A DNA stretch of 64,000 nt from Flavobacterium haoranii (lineage in GTDB: Bacteria; Bacteroidota; Bacteroidia; Flavobacteriales; Flavobacteriaceae). A program made the position numbers and the translations under genes. Shown here in pieces: positions 32,819-41,380 of the stretch. The notes below the pieces were generated by a model. That model worked only from the letters and a program-made list of their open reading frames with translations, was not told where the DNA came from and searched no databases. Every line of letters begins with the position of its first letter. The stretch's first letter is position 1. The stretch covers positions 106,398 to 170,397 of the forward strand of contig QKBC01000021.1 in assembly GCA_003246205.1 (NCBI GenBank), in the 5' to 3' direction.

Positions 32819-33679
32819 ATGATACAATCTATGACCGGTTTTGGCAAAGCTTATTTGCAATTGCCTACCAAAAAAATTACCGTTGAAATAAAATCACTGA
32901 ATAGCAAAGGGTTGGACTTAAATGTAAGAATGCCTTCTGTATACAGAGAAATGGAACTTTCACTACGCAACACCATTTCCCAAAGCCTTGAAAGAGGTAA
33001 AATAGATTTTTCACTTTATATAGAGATTACCGGAGAAGAAACTACTTCAAAGATAAATGTTCCTATTGTTAAGAGTTATATTCATCAAATGCAAGATGTA
33101 ATCCCTGATGCCGATCAAACAGAATTGATGAAAATGGCCGTGCGCATGCCGGATGCCTTAAAAACAGAGCGCGAAGAAATTGATGAAAATGAATGGAAAC
33201 AAATTGAGGTTATTGTAAATGATGCTTTGGCTAACATCAACCTATTCAGATCTTCTGAAGGAGCTTCGTTAGAAAAAGACTTCAGATTGCGCATCGGAAA
33301 TATTCAGAATTTAATGGAACAAGTAATTGCTTTAGATTCTGAACGTATTGAAAACGTCAAAGGACGCCTGCAAAATGCTATTTCTGAATTAAAAACGGAA
33401 ATAGATGAAAATCGTTTTGAACAGGAATTGATTTATTATTTAGAGAAACTGGATATTACGGAGGAAAAAGTACGTTTAGGCAATCATTTAGACTATTTTC
33501 TTCAAACTATGGATAGCAAAGATGCTAACGGAAGAAAATTAGGATTCATCTCTCAGGAAATGGGGCGTGAAATCAATACGATGGGATCCAAATCCAATCA
33601 TGCCGGAATGCAAAAACTGGTAGTTATGATGAAAGACGAGCTTGAAAAGATTAAAGAGCAGGTCTTGAATGTTCTTTAA
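32819..33679 (+). CDS. YicC/YloC-family endoribonuclease
   Basis: SMTGFG, EIKSLN, LDITEEKVRL, GRKLGFISQEMGREINTMGSK, KEQVLN. Confidence 0.93.
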   Translation: MIQSMTGFGKAYLQLPTKKITVEIKSLNSKGLDLNVRMPSVYREMELSLRNTISQSLERGKIDFSLYIEITGEETTSKINVPIVKSYIHQMQDVIPDADQTELMKMAVRMPDALKTEREEIDENEWKQIEVIVNDALANINLFRSSEGASLEKDFRLRIGNIQNLMEQVIALDSERIENVKGRLQNAISELKTEIDENRFEQELIYYLEKLDITEEKVRLGNHLDYFLQTMDSKDANGRKLGFISQEMGREINTMGSKSNHAGMQKLVVMMKDELEKIKEQVLNVL

Positions 33680-33714
33680 TAAAAAAATAGAAAAAACAAC
33701 ACAACAATACTGAA

Positions 33715-34296
33715 ATGAGTTCAACACACAAAGGCAAATTAATTGTTTTCTCAGCTCCTTCCGGATCCGGAAAAACAACAATTGTCAGATATTTATTAGA
33801 CAAAGAAGACTTAAACCTGGAATTTTCTATTTCCTGTACTACTCGTGCTCCTCGAGGAGAAGAAGTAGACGGAAAAGATTATTATTTTATTTCTTGGGAG
33901 GAATTTAAAAAACATATCAAGGCAGAGGATTTTGTTGAATGGGAAGAAGTGTACACCGATAATTTCTACGGAACTTTAAAAACGGAGGTAGAGCGTATTT
34001 GGGCAAAAGGAAAACACGTAATATTTGACATTGATGTAGCTGGCGGACTGCGTATAAAACGTAAATTTCCGGAAGAAACGTTAGCTGTTTTTGTTAAACC
34101 ACCAAGTGTTGACGAATTAAAACGTCGTTTAAAAGAACGTTCTACTGAAAGCGAAGATAAAATCAATATGCGAATTGCCAAAGCCCATGTTGAATTGGCT
34201 ACCGCTCCGCAATTTGATAAAATTATTAAAAATTATGATTTAGATACTGCAAAGGAAGAATCTTATCAATTGGTTAAAGATTTTATTTCTAAATAA
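33715..34296 (+). CDS. gmk: Guanylate kinase
   Basis: APSGSGKTT, TTRAPR.GE.DGKDYYF. Confidence 0.96.
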   Translation: MSSTHKGKLIVFSAPSGSGKTTIVRYLLDKEDLNLEFSISCTTRAPRGEEVDGKDYYFISWEEFKKHIKAEDFVEWEEVYTDNFYGTLKTEVERIWAKGKHVIFDIDVAGGLRIKRKFPEETLAVFVKPPSVDELKRRLKERSTESEDKINMRIAKAHVELATAPQFDKIIKNYDLDTAKEESYQLVKDFISK

Positions 34297-34367
34297 TTAT
34301 CATTTATTGACTGTTTTTATAATATCAAGATTTTGGGTAACGTAAACGGTCATTTAAAATTAAATAC

Positions 34368-34949
34368 ATGAAAATCGGATTATATTTTGGAACGTTTAAT
34401 CCTATACATATCGGGCATGTGATTATTGCTAATCATTTTGCTGAATATTCCGATTTAGATCAAATTTGGATGGTAGTAACACCTCATAATCCACACAAAC
34501 AAAAAAACACGTTGTTAGATGACTACCATCGTTTGCACATGGTTCATTTGGCTACGGAAGCCTATGAAAAAATTAAACCTAGCGATATTGAATTCAAATT
34601 ACCTCAACCGAATTATACAGTTAATACTTTAGCACATTTACAAGAAAAGTTTCCCAAACACGAATTTTGCCTCATCATGGGCGAAGACAATTTGAATTCG
34701 CTACATAAATGGAAAAACTACGAAGTGATTTTACAAAATCATGACGTTTATGTTTATCCCAGAGTTAATTCGGGAGAAATCGATGAGCAGTTTATCAATC
34801 ATCCTAAAATTCATCGTGTAGGTGCTCCGGTTATTGAACTTTCGTCCACTTTTATCCGAAAAAGCATAAAAGACGGTAAAAGCGTAAGACCAATGCTTCC
34901 TGAAAATGTTTTAGAATATGTAGAACATAATTTATTTTATAAAAAATAG
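34368..34949 (+). CDS. nadD: Nicotinate-nucleotide adenylyltransferase
   Basis: GTFNPIHIGH, YTVNTL, MGEDN, LSSTFIR. Confidence 0.95.
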   Translation: MKIGLYFGTFNPIHIGHVIIANHFAEYSDLDQIWMVVTPHNPHKQKNTLLDDYHRLHMVHLATEAYEKIKPSDIEFKLPQPNYTVNTLAHLQEKFPKHEFCLIMGEDNLNSLHKWKNYEVILQNHDVYVYPRVNSGEIDEQFINHPKIHRVGAPVIELSSTFIRKSIKDGKSVRPMLPENVLEYVEHNLFYKK

Positions 34950-34976
34950 AAAGGCTGAAAATAATTCAGCCTTTTC
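34950..34976. terminator. Bidirectional terminator between nadD and NAMPT-like gene
   Basis: AAAGGCTGAA-AATAA-TTCAGCCTTT inverted repeat. Confidence 0.75.
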
Positions 34977-34978
34977 TT

Positions 34979-36427
34979 TTATTGCATTCTTTTACGAATC
35001 TCTTCTAACGTGTGATCAACTAATAATTTTCCATCTCGAAAAACTTCTTGTAATTCTCCTGTTTTTTCTTCGTCCCAAGAAACCTCATCAACCAACTTAT
35101 ATTTATTGTTATCTGTTTCTATTTTCATCAATCCTTTAGCCGATTTTTTAGTTCCGTCATCTGTAACCGGATCTTTAAAAATAGCTCGTCCTTCTCCGTT
35201 CACTTCTCCGTAAGTGGCTTTCATGGCAAAACCAAAAGTATCACGAGTATTGTATTGATAAGTAAAAGATCCTATTCCTAAAACTACATTCGTAGATGCA
35301 AATCCTTTTTCTTTCAATTTTTCACAGATTTGAGTCGCTCTATCAATGGTAATACTATCACCATAAATTGCACCAATTTGAGGTATTAATTCTTTGTAGC
35401 CTTTTTCATTTATTCTTCCTCCGAATGTATCCCAAAGCAGTTCAACTACTCCTTTTCTTTCTTCAACTGTTTTCCCATTCGGATTGCCGCATAAAATATA
35501 AATCGGATCACCACTATCGGGACGAATTACAACTTTACCTTCACGATTAACGATTTCTTCTTTCAATTTAGGAAGATAATCTGTTAGCACTTTCCACAAA
35601 TCCCAAGTATCAGAAACAATAGAAACAACACCTTTAGGATAAACGTCACAAATCAATCTTTTAAAAGTATTATATTCCCCTTCTGTAGTTCCCATACACA
35701 TTACTGAATGTTCCGTTGCAGCAACGGATCCGCCGATTAATTCTTTATCCGAATCGGCATTATAATATTCTTCCAAAAATTCAATAGCCGGAATGGTATC
35801 GGTTCCTGTAAAACTCAACAAATGTCCCGCTGCAGAAATTACCGCAGCTTCAATTCCTGCCATTCCTCTCATCGAAAAATCATGTGCTTGCCAATCTACA
35901 AATTCGGGAACAGATGACGTTTCTGCTGCATACTTGTCTAACACTTTTCGATACTGTTTTGCTATTGTAGCTGAATTACAAGGCAACCACACAACAGCAG
36001 ATAATAAAGTTTCAAAATAATTAGTCAACCAAAAAAAATCGGGCAATGTATTATACATGGTAAACATTGGTATGCGAATTGGCACAGAAGCACCTTCAGG
36101 AAGCGCTTTAAAAACCATTGGTATATAACCTAAATCGTGTAGTTCTTCGATATGCTTTATTCCTACCTGATTTTCTCCCAAATAATTATTGATTCGGCGC
36201 GCATATTTTTTAGTAACTTCTTCTTTTGGCTTATTAAAAAAGTGCATTTGAAAATCTTCTAAAATGTACTTTTTAATAAAATATTGTAAACCGAAGAAAA
36301 CTACTTCATCTACATTTTGAATTCTTGATTTTCTTGGTGTCCAGTTAGAATATACTAAACTAGTCCCTTCCGGATACTGTCTTCTATGATCTACTTTGTA
36401 TCCGTCAGTTAATAATATCGGATTCAT
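34979..36427 (-). CDS. Nicotinamide phosphoribosyltransferase (NAMPT/NadV)-family protein, possible Namat
   Basis: TDGYKVDH, HDFSMRG, ATEHSV, SIVSDTWD, RPDSGDP, IYGDSIT, TRDTFGFAMKAT, KKSAKG. Confidence 0.9.
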   Translation of the reverse strand: MNPILLTDGYKVDHRRQYPEGTSLVYSNWTPRKSRIQNVDEVVFFGLQYFIKKYILEDFQMHFFNKPKEEVTKKYARRINNYLGENQVGIKHIEELHDLGYIPMVFKALPEGASVPIRIPMFTMYNTLPDFFWLTNYFETLLSAVVWLPCNSATIAKQYRKVLDKYAAETSSVPEFVDWQAHDFSMRGMAGIEAAVISAAGHLLSFTGTDTIPAIEFLEEYYNADSDKELIGGSVAATEHSVMCMGTTEGEYNTFKRLICDVYPKGVVSIVSDTWDLWKVLTDYLPKLKEEIVNREGKVVIRPDSGDPIYILCGNPNGKTVEERKGVVELLWDTFGGRINEKGYKELIPQIGAIYGDSITIDRATQICEKLKEKGFASTNVVLGIGSFTYQYNTRDTFGFAMKATYGEVNGEGRAIFKDPVTDDGTKKSAKGLMKIETDNNKYKLVDEVSWDEEKTGELQEVFRDGKLLVDHTLEEIRKRMQ

Positions 36428-36448
36428 ATTTTTTTGCCTTTATTTATA

Positions 36449-37183
36449 TTAATTATTTCTTCCTTTTTCGTCTGGATATAGCGTTTGTAACTTATCACTT
36501 TGCCAGAATTCTTTTGTTTCGATATCCAAACAAGATAATTTCCCCGTAAAAGCTGCGCCTGTATCGACATTCCAGACATTTGCTTTATTCATTGGCTCTT
36601 CAATGTTATAATTCAGTGTTGGCGTATGACCAATGTAGATTTCTTGAAACAATTTCAGCCTTTTAGGATACAATTCGCTATGTCTTTTTAAGTGTTTATC
36701 CATAGCGACTGCGGTTTCCCATAAAGTTCTATCCCAAGAATAATTAGTTGCATAAACTTCTTGACTTGGCCCATGCATAGATGAAAATCCGGCATGAATA
36801 AACAATCTGTTTTGACTATCAATATAATAATCGTTCATCTTCTCAAAAAACCTAAGGTGTTCTGCTCTGTTTATCGTTGGATTATCATAGCTTTTGAAGG
36901 TTGACTGCCCTCCATTGCAAAGCCATTTATCTAATGCTTGGCTTGTTCTTAAAAAATCCTCGCACCACGCATCATGATTTCCTTTGATAAATAAGCATTC
37001 TTGTTGTTGGGATAATTCTATCAGAAATTGAATTGTTTCTGCCGATTCACTCCAACCGTCAACATAATCTCCCAAAAAAATTAATTGATCTTCGAAAGTT
37101 ATCTTTGCTCTTTCAAACAATTGTTTTACTCCTTTTAGTCCGCCGTGTATATCTCCAAAAACGAGTGTTCTCTTTTTTTTCAT
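36449..37183 (-). CDS. Calcineurin-like metallophosphoesterase (ApaH/PrpA-like)
   Basis: GDIHG, GDYVDG, GNHD, HAG, GHTP, DTGA. Confidence 0.9.
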   Translation of the reverse strand: MKKKRTLVFGDIHGGLKGVKQLFERAKITFEDQLIFLGDYVDGWSESAETIQFLIELSQQQECLFIKGNHDAWCEDFLRTSQALDKWLCNGGQSTFKSYDNPTINRAEHLRFFEKMNDYYIDSQNRLFIHAGFSSMHGPSQEVYATNYSWDRTLWETAVAMDKHLKRHSELYPKRLKLFQEIYIGHTPTLNYNIEEPMNKANVWNVDTGAAFTGKLSCLDIETKEFWQSDKLQTLYPDEKGRNN

Positions 37184-37185
37184 TT

Positions 37186-37305
37186 TTAATAGTCCCAGAT
37201 TAGTCCTTTTTCGTTTAATCTATATTGAAATTTTTGGGTGTCTCCAAAAGTCTGATAATCTTTACTCTACATCTCTTCTCCATAACCTAATTTGATTTGT
37301 AACAT
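37186..37305 (-). pseudogene. Decayed/internally deleted ORF remnant
   Basis: ATG overlaps the Tpt1 stop (TAATG); reads MLQIKLGYGEEM*SKDYQTFGDTQKFQYRLNEKGLIWDY*, with the final TAA 2 nt before the next ATG. Confidence 0.5.
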
Positions 37306-37853
37306 TACATTAAAAATTTAATATATTCCACAGGTACATGGTCTGTAAGCCAAACGCCATTTTCTGAAAGGTAAAAAGAATAACCGTCTGTTACCATTTT
37401 TGGTGCATCAATACTTAAAATGATTGGTTTTCCTCTTCTGCTTCCAACTTTAATAGCTGTTTCTTCATCTTTACTTAAATGCACATATTGGCGACTCACT
37501 TTTTGCAATCCTTCTTTTTGAATAGCTTCTAAAAATTTTGCTACTGTTCCATGGTATAAAAAATGTTCAGGATATACCTCTTTTAAGTCTAATTCTACTT
37601 CAATAGAATGCCCTTGACTTGCTCTTATCTTAGTTTTGTCACCACTAAAAGCAAACCTTTTTTTATCATTGTTCTCAACAATATAATCCAGTATTTCCTC
37701 GTCTAATTCTCTTCCGAATTGATTACTTTTTGTGATAAGCTCATTTACACTCGCCCAACCGTTTTCATCTAATTGCAGTTGTATTGTTTCTGGAGCATGT
37801 CTTAGAATTAAGCTAAGGAATTTGCTTGTCTCTTTTGCTTCTTTCTCGTTCAT
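37305..37853 (-). CDS. kptA: RNA 2'-phosphotransferase Tpt1/KptA
   Basis: SKFLSLILRH, KKRF, IRASQGHS, LYHGT, RQYVHLS, NGVWL. Confidence 0.95.
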   Translation of the reverse strand: MNEKEAKETSKFLSLILRHAPETIQLQLDENGWASVNELITKSNQFGRELDEEILDYIVENNDKKRFAFSGDKTKIRASQGHSIEVELDLKEVYPEHFLYHGTVAKFLEAIQKEGLQKVSRQYVHLSKDEETAIKVGSRRGKPIILSIDAPKMVTDGYSFYLSENGVWLTDHVPVEYIKFLM

Positions 37854-37854
37854 C

Positions 37855-38499
37855 TTAATTTGATATTTTTAGTTTTTTATTCAACATTTCGTCTTCAAAA
37901 ACTAAAGGTTTTTCTTTAGGAACCATTAATTGGTCTAATGAATTATTTTTAACGTGTATGTACTGCTCCGCCACAAAATCACTTATGTCTTCTATCAAAA
38001 GAATATCATTTGTAGCAAAAGATTTTATGAATTCATTTCGCAGTCCTATTTGAATTGCTCTTCTATCTAGCTTTGCTCCGTAAGGATCGTGGTCTGGATC
38101 CCATTGTAGACGGACATCAGATTCTTTTACAGCTTCTTTCCATTCTTGGTGAGCAACCTCTCCTTCTACTTGATTATAAGAAGAATATACTGCACTTTTT
38201 AAATATTTCTCAAAAGATTCTTTTTTTAAATGAATAGCTAGTACTACTTCTTGCCCGTTATCTTTTGTTCCCCATCCATTCCTATACATCATCCATAGAA
38301 AATTAGGCTTTATCCATGTCATTCTTTCAAAGCTGAATGCACCTCCGAAAAATTGGTTTTGTACCGCAAAATTTCCGATTTCTTTATTATAGGACTGATA
38401 CACTACAATTTCTTCATCATTATATTGTGCTATAATATGATAACCTGTTTGAGGCCATCTTTTGATTTGTTCTGTATATTTTTCTAATTCTAATTTCAT
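37855..38499 (-). CDS. DUF4291-family protein
   Basis: VYQSY, RMTWIKPNFLWMMYR.GW, QE.VLAI, VRLQWDPDHD, RRAIQIGL. Confidence 0.85.
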   Translation of the reverse strand: MKLELEKYTEQIKRWPQTGYHIIAQYNDEEIVVYQSYNKEIGNFAVQNQFFGGAFSFERMTWIKPNFLWMMYRNGWGTKDNGQEVVLAIHLKKESFEKYLKSAVYSSYNQVEGEVAHQEWKEAVKESDVRLQWDPDHDPYGAKLDRRAIQIGLRNEFIKSFATNDILLIEDISDFVAEQYIHVKNNSLDQLMVPKEKPLVFEDEMLNKKLKISN

Positions 38500-38511
38500 T
38501 TTTCTTCATTT

Positions 38512-39015
38512 TTACAAAAGCTGTTGATACAACTTATAATTCTCTTCATCAAAACAGACAAAGGTTATTTCTTGTAGGCTTTGCATTTGAAATTGCTTTA
38601 CAGTCTCTATTGCAATTTTTGCTGCTCTATCTTTTGGAAACCTATATATTCCGGTACTTATGTTAGGGAAAGCAATTGTTTTTAATTGATATTCTTCTGC
38701 AATTCGCAAGCAATTACTATAACAACTGGCTAACAATTGTGCTTTTTCCTCTTTGTTACCATTCCAAACAGGACCCACAGTATGAATCACGTACTTTGCC
38801 GGTAAATTTCCCGCTGTTGTTATAACGGCTTCTCCTACATTACAACCTCCCTGCTTATTTCTGATTGCAATACATTCTTCCAAAATTAGTTTTCCACCTG
38901 CTCTATGGATAGCACCGTCTACTCCACCACCACCTAACAATGAAGTATTGGCTGCGTTTACAACACCTTCTACATTAATTTTGGTTATATCTCCCTGAAT
39001 AAGCTTGATTTCCAT
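38512..39015 (-). CDS. Macrodomain ADP-ribose hydrolase / O-acetyl-ADP-ribose deacetylase (YmdB/MacroD type)
   Basis: [33 protein letters not shown]. Confidence 0.95.
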   Translation of the reverse strand: MEIKLIQGDITKINVEGVVNAANTSLLGGGGVDGAIHRAGGKLILEECIAIRNKQGGCNVGEAVITTAGNLPAKYVIHTVGPVWNGNKEEKAQLLASCYSNCLRIAEEYQLKTIAFPNISTGIYRFPKDRAAKIAIETVKQFQMQSLQEITFVCFDEENYKLYQQLL

Positions 39016-39018
39016 ATA

Positions 39019-39546
39019 CTATTTTATTTCGTCTCTAACCTCCATCAAAGCAAATCCTAACAAGTTTAATCCTTGCCACTTTTCCGGATTATGAACATCT
39101 TTATGGTCATTTGCCATTCCGATTCCCCAAATAGCATCAACCGGGCTTGCTTCTACTAGTATTCTATTTTTAGTATTCAAAAGAAATTCTTTAAGCAATT
39201 GGTTTTGACTAAACTTATGGAAATTACCTTCTTTTACTATTTTAAATCGGTTTTCATTCCAAATAAAATCTTCATAATTTTTAACTGCTCTTCCTAGCTT
39301 TTTAGCTTCAGCAGGAGATTCACACATTAATATCTTTTCTAAAATCTCTTGATCTCCAAACAAATCAGCTTTTTTAGCCATCATCCAGTGTTCTGCTGTT
39401 TTGTATTCTACACCTTCTACAACAAAACTACTTTCCCACCACTGACTCAAACACGTCTTGGTTATATTGCCGTCTTTAGAAGGTTGATGTCCCCAAAAGA
39501 AAAGGAATTTGTTTTTTGTATCTATATTTTCAATTGTATGTTTCAT
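39019..39546 (-). CDS. NADAR (YbiA-like) family protein
   Basis: LSQWW, AEHWMM..KA.LF.D, KLGR, KFSQN, LVEASP.D.IWGIG, G.NLLG..LM.VR. Confidence 0.93.
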   Translation of the reverse strand: MKHTIENIDTKNKFLFFWGHQPSKDGNITKTCLSQWWESSFVVEGVEYKTAEHWMMAKKADLFGDQEILEKILMCESPAEAKKLGRAVKNYEDFIWNENRFKIVKEGNFHKFSQNQLLKEFLLNTKNRILVEASPVDAIWGIGMANDHKDVHNPEKWQGLNLLGFALMEVRDEIK

Positions 39547-40480
39547 ATTTTGTATTTAATCTATCGCATAATCCTATGATGTCATCTTTTCGAACCAATT
39601 GGTTTATCCATTTTTCGGGAATTGCTTCGTATCCATAAATCAACCCTGCTAGTCCTCCTGCTATCGCTCCGGTAGTATCTGTGTCATCACCTAAATTTAC
39701 TGCCTTTAACACTGTTTCTTTATAACTAACAGAGTCGAGTACACACCATAAACTAGCTTCTAAACTATGCAAAACATAGCCACTGGATTTTATTTCATTC
39801 TCTTTTAGATCATAAATATTGAATCTAAGTATTCGGTCAAATAGTTGCAACTCATTCTCATTAAAGCCTTTATCAGATATAAAATCTTTAATAACTCGTT
39901 TCATTTTATTGTAGGCTTCCTTTTTATCTAATCCTTTCATTATTTCCAAAGCATAAACTATATAAATGAAGCATGAAAAAACAGAACGAAAATGTGCATG
40001 AGTAATGGATGAAACTTCTTTTACTCTTTGATAGATAACTTGATAATCTTCCTCTTTTTTTAAATAAAATACCAATGGTAATATTCTCATTAATGACCCG
40101 TTACCGTTATCTTTCACATCAAATCCTCCACATAAAACAGGCTGTTCTCCTTGAGAAATTCTATGAATAGCCATTCTTGTTGCAATACCGATATCAAATA
40201 CTCGCCCATGAGGTGTCCATATTTCTTCATTATACCATTGCAAAAACTTTAATGCTATTTCATCCACATCAAATCCTCCACACAGACTTTCAGCCAAACA
40301 AAAAGCCAATGAACTATCATCACTCCATGTTCCTTTTGGTTGTCCATGCGAACCATATTCTTGCATATCTTGTACCGGAAACATCTTCAAAAAGTCTCTG
40401 TCTTTAAATTCTACAGGAACCCCTAGAGCATCACCTATAGCTAATCCAAACAATGCATCATGCGATCTATTTTCCTTCAT
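39530..40480 (-). CDS. ADP-ribosylglycohydrolase (DraG/ARH family)
   Basis: GLAIGDALGVPVEF, WSDDSS, GNGSLMR, ITH, GDDTDTTGAIAG. Confidence 0.95.
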   Translation of the reverse strand: MKENRSHDALFGLAIGDALGVPVEFKDRDFLKMFPVQDMQEYGSHGQPKGTWSDDSSLAFCLAESLCGGFDVDEIALKFLQWYNEEIWTPHGRVFDIGIATRMAIHRISQGEQPVLCGGFDVKDNGNGSLMRILPLVFYLKKEEDYQVIYQRVKEVSSITHAHFRSVFSCFIYIVYALEIMKGLDKKEAYNKMKRVIKDFISDKGFNENELQLFDRILRFNIYDLKENEIKSSGYVLHSLEASLWCVLDSVSYKETVLKAVNLGDDTDTTGAIAGGLAGLIYGYEAIPEKWINQLVRKDDIIGLCDRLNTKYETYN

Positions 40481-40481
40481 C

Positions 40482-41303
40482 TTAAAGACTTATTACTTCA
40501 ACTTTATCATTTGTAATGTCTTTAAATGAGTTGGTCATAAATATTTGTTCAAAATCATTCAAACTATCGAATCCTTTACTGAAAATTCCATGACTGACCG
40601 CCAGATACAATTTTCCGGCATTTTTATTTTTCAACTCCTTAGCTAATCCTGCGAAAGTTCCTCCACCGTCACAAATATCATCAACAATCAAACAAGACTT
40701 TTGCTGAAGATCTTCGGCATACACTTTAAACCCGGAAAGTTTTCCCGTTTTTACATCTCTGCTTTTGCTACACTCCACTACTTCAACTCCTCCTAAATAC
40801 TCAGATACTTTATAAATTTTCTTTAAAGCGCCTCCATCGGGAGAAATTAATAAAACATCATCTCCTATTTTATTCTTCACTTCTTTTATAAACTCATGAT
40901 TATTAATAACCTCACAATTATCCAACAAAGCAGGAGTAACTTCAGAATGGGGATCAAAAACCTGTATCTTATTAAGATTTAGAGTATTTATAATATCGGT
41001 ATACACTTTTACAGACAAAGGTTCACCAACAACCATTAGTCTATCTTGTCTCGCTGCCGGAAAATAAGGAATAAAGCCATTAATTGTTTTTACACCCATT
41101 CTTCTTAAAGCATCCACAGCCAAACAAAATAATCCTAAATCATTAAATGAATTTATTCTATGAGTAATGGTAACGACTTGATCAATATCAAAATTGGAAG
41201 TAATCTTAATATGCGGCTCTCCTCCGGAAAAAGTAAAACTATTGAATTCTATTTCTTGTTGTTTTCCAAAAGGACTAAAGTGTGGATCTAAATTGAGAAA
41301 CAT
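40482..41303 (-). CDS. Ribose-phosphate pyrophosphokinase-like protein (possible ADPR-PP synthetase)
   Basis: FSGGEPHI, PYFPAARQDR, DPHS, SPDGGA, IVDDICDGGGTF, VSHGIFS; ATG 41303 chosen because the upstream TTG lies inside the promoter/operator. Confidence 0.9.
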   Translation of the reverse strand: MFLNLDPHFSPFGKQQEIEFNSFTFSGGEPHIKITSNFDIDQVVTITHRINSFNDLGLFCLAVDALRRMGVKTINGFIPYFPAARQDRLMVVGEPLSVKVYTDIINTLNLNKIQVFDPHSEVTPALLDNCEVINNHEFIKEVKNKIGDDVLLISPDGGALKKIYKVSEYLGGVEVVECSKSRDVKTGKLSGFKVYAEDLQQKSCLIVDDICDGGGTFAGLAKELKNKNAGKLYLAVSHGIFSKGFDSLNDFEQIFMTNSFKDITNDKVEVISL

Positions 41304-41307
41304 AATA

Positions 41308-41328
41308 TTTGCGTTTATTTTACACAAA
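41308..41328. promoter_or_regulatory. NrtR-type operator 1
   Basis: TTTGCGT-TTATTTT-ACACAAA, 21-bp GT-N7-AC palindrome overlapping the -7 element TACATTTG. Confidence 0.8.
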
Positions 41329-41355
41329 TGTATATTTTATTTTTTTCTCAACAAA
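41325..41355 (-). promoter_or_regulatory. Bacteroidetes sigma-A promoter of the Prs...NAMPT operon
   Basis: TTTG (41352-41355) - 19 nt - TACATTTG (41325-41332) on minus strand. Confidence 0.7.
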
Positions 41356-41359
41356 ATAT

Positions 41360-41380
41360 TTTGTGTAAAAATTACGCAAA
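41360..41380. promoter_or_regulatory. NrtR-type operator 2
   Basis: TTTGTGT-AAAAATT-ACGCAAA; overlaps the nrtR stop codon. Confidence 0.8.

Noticed and set aside
41304-41327. ORF-track N-terminal extension of the Prs-like gene (MCKINANI)
   Set aside because: It lies within the operator and -7 element; ATG 41303 is more plausible.
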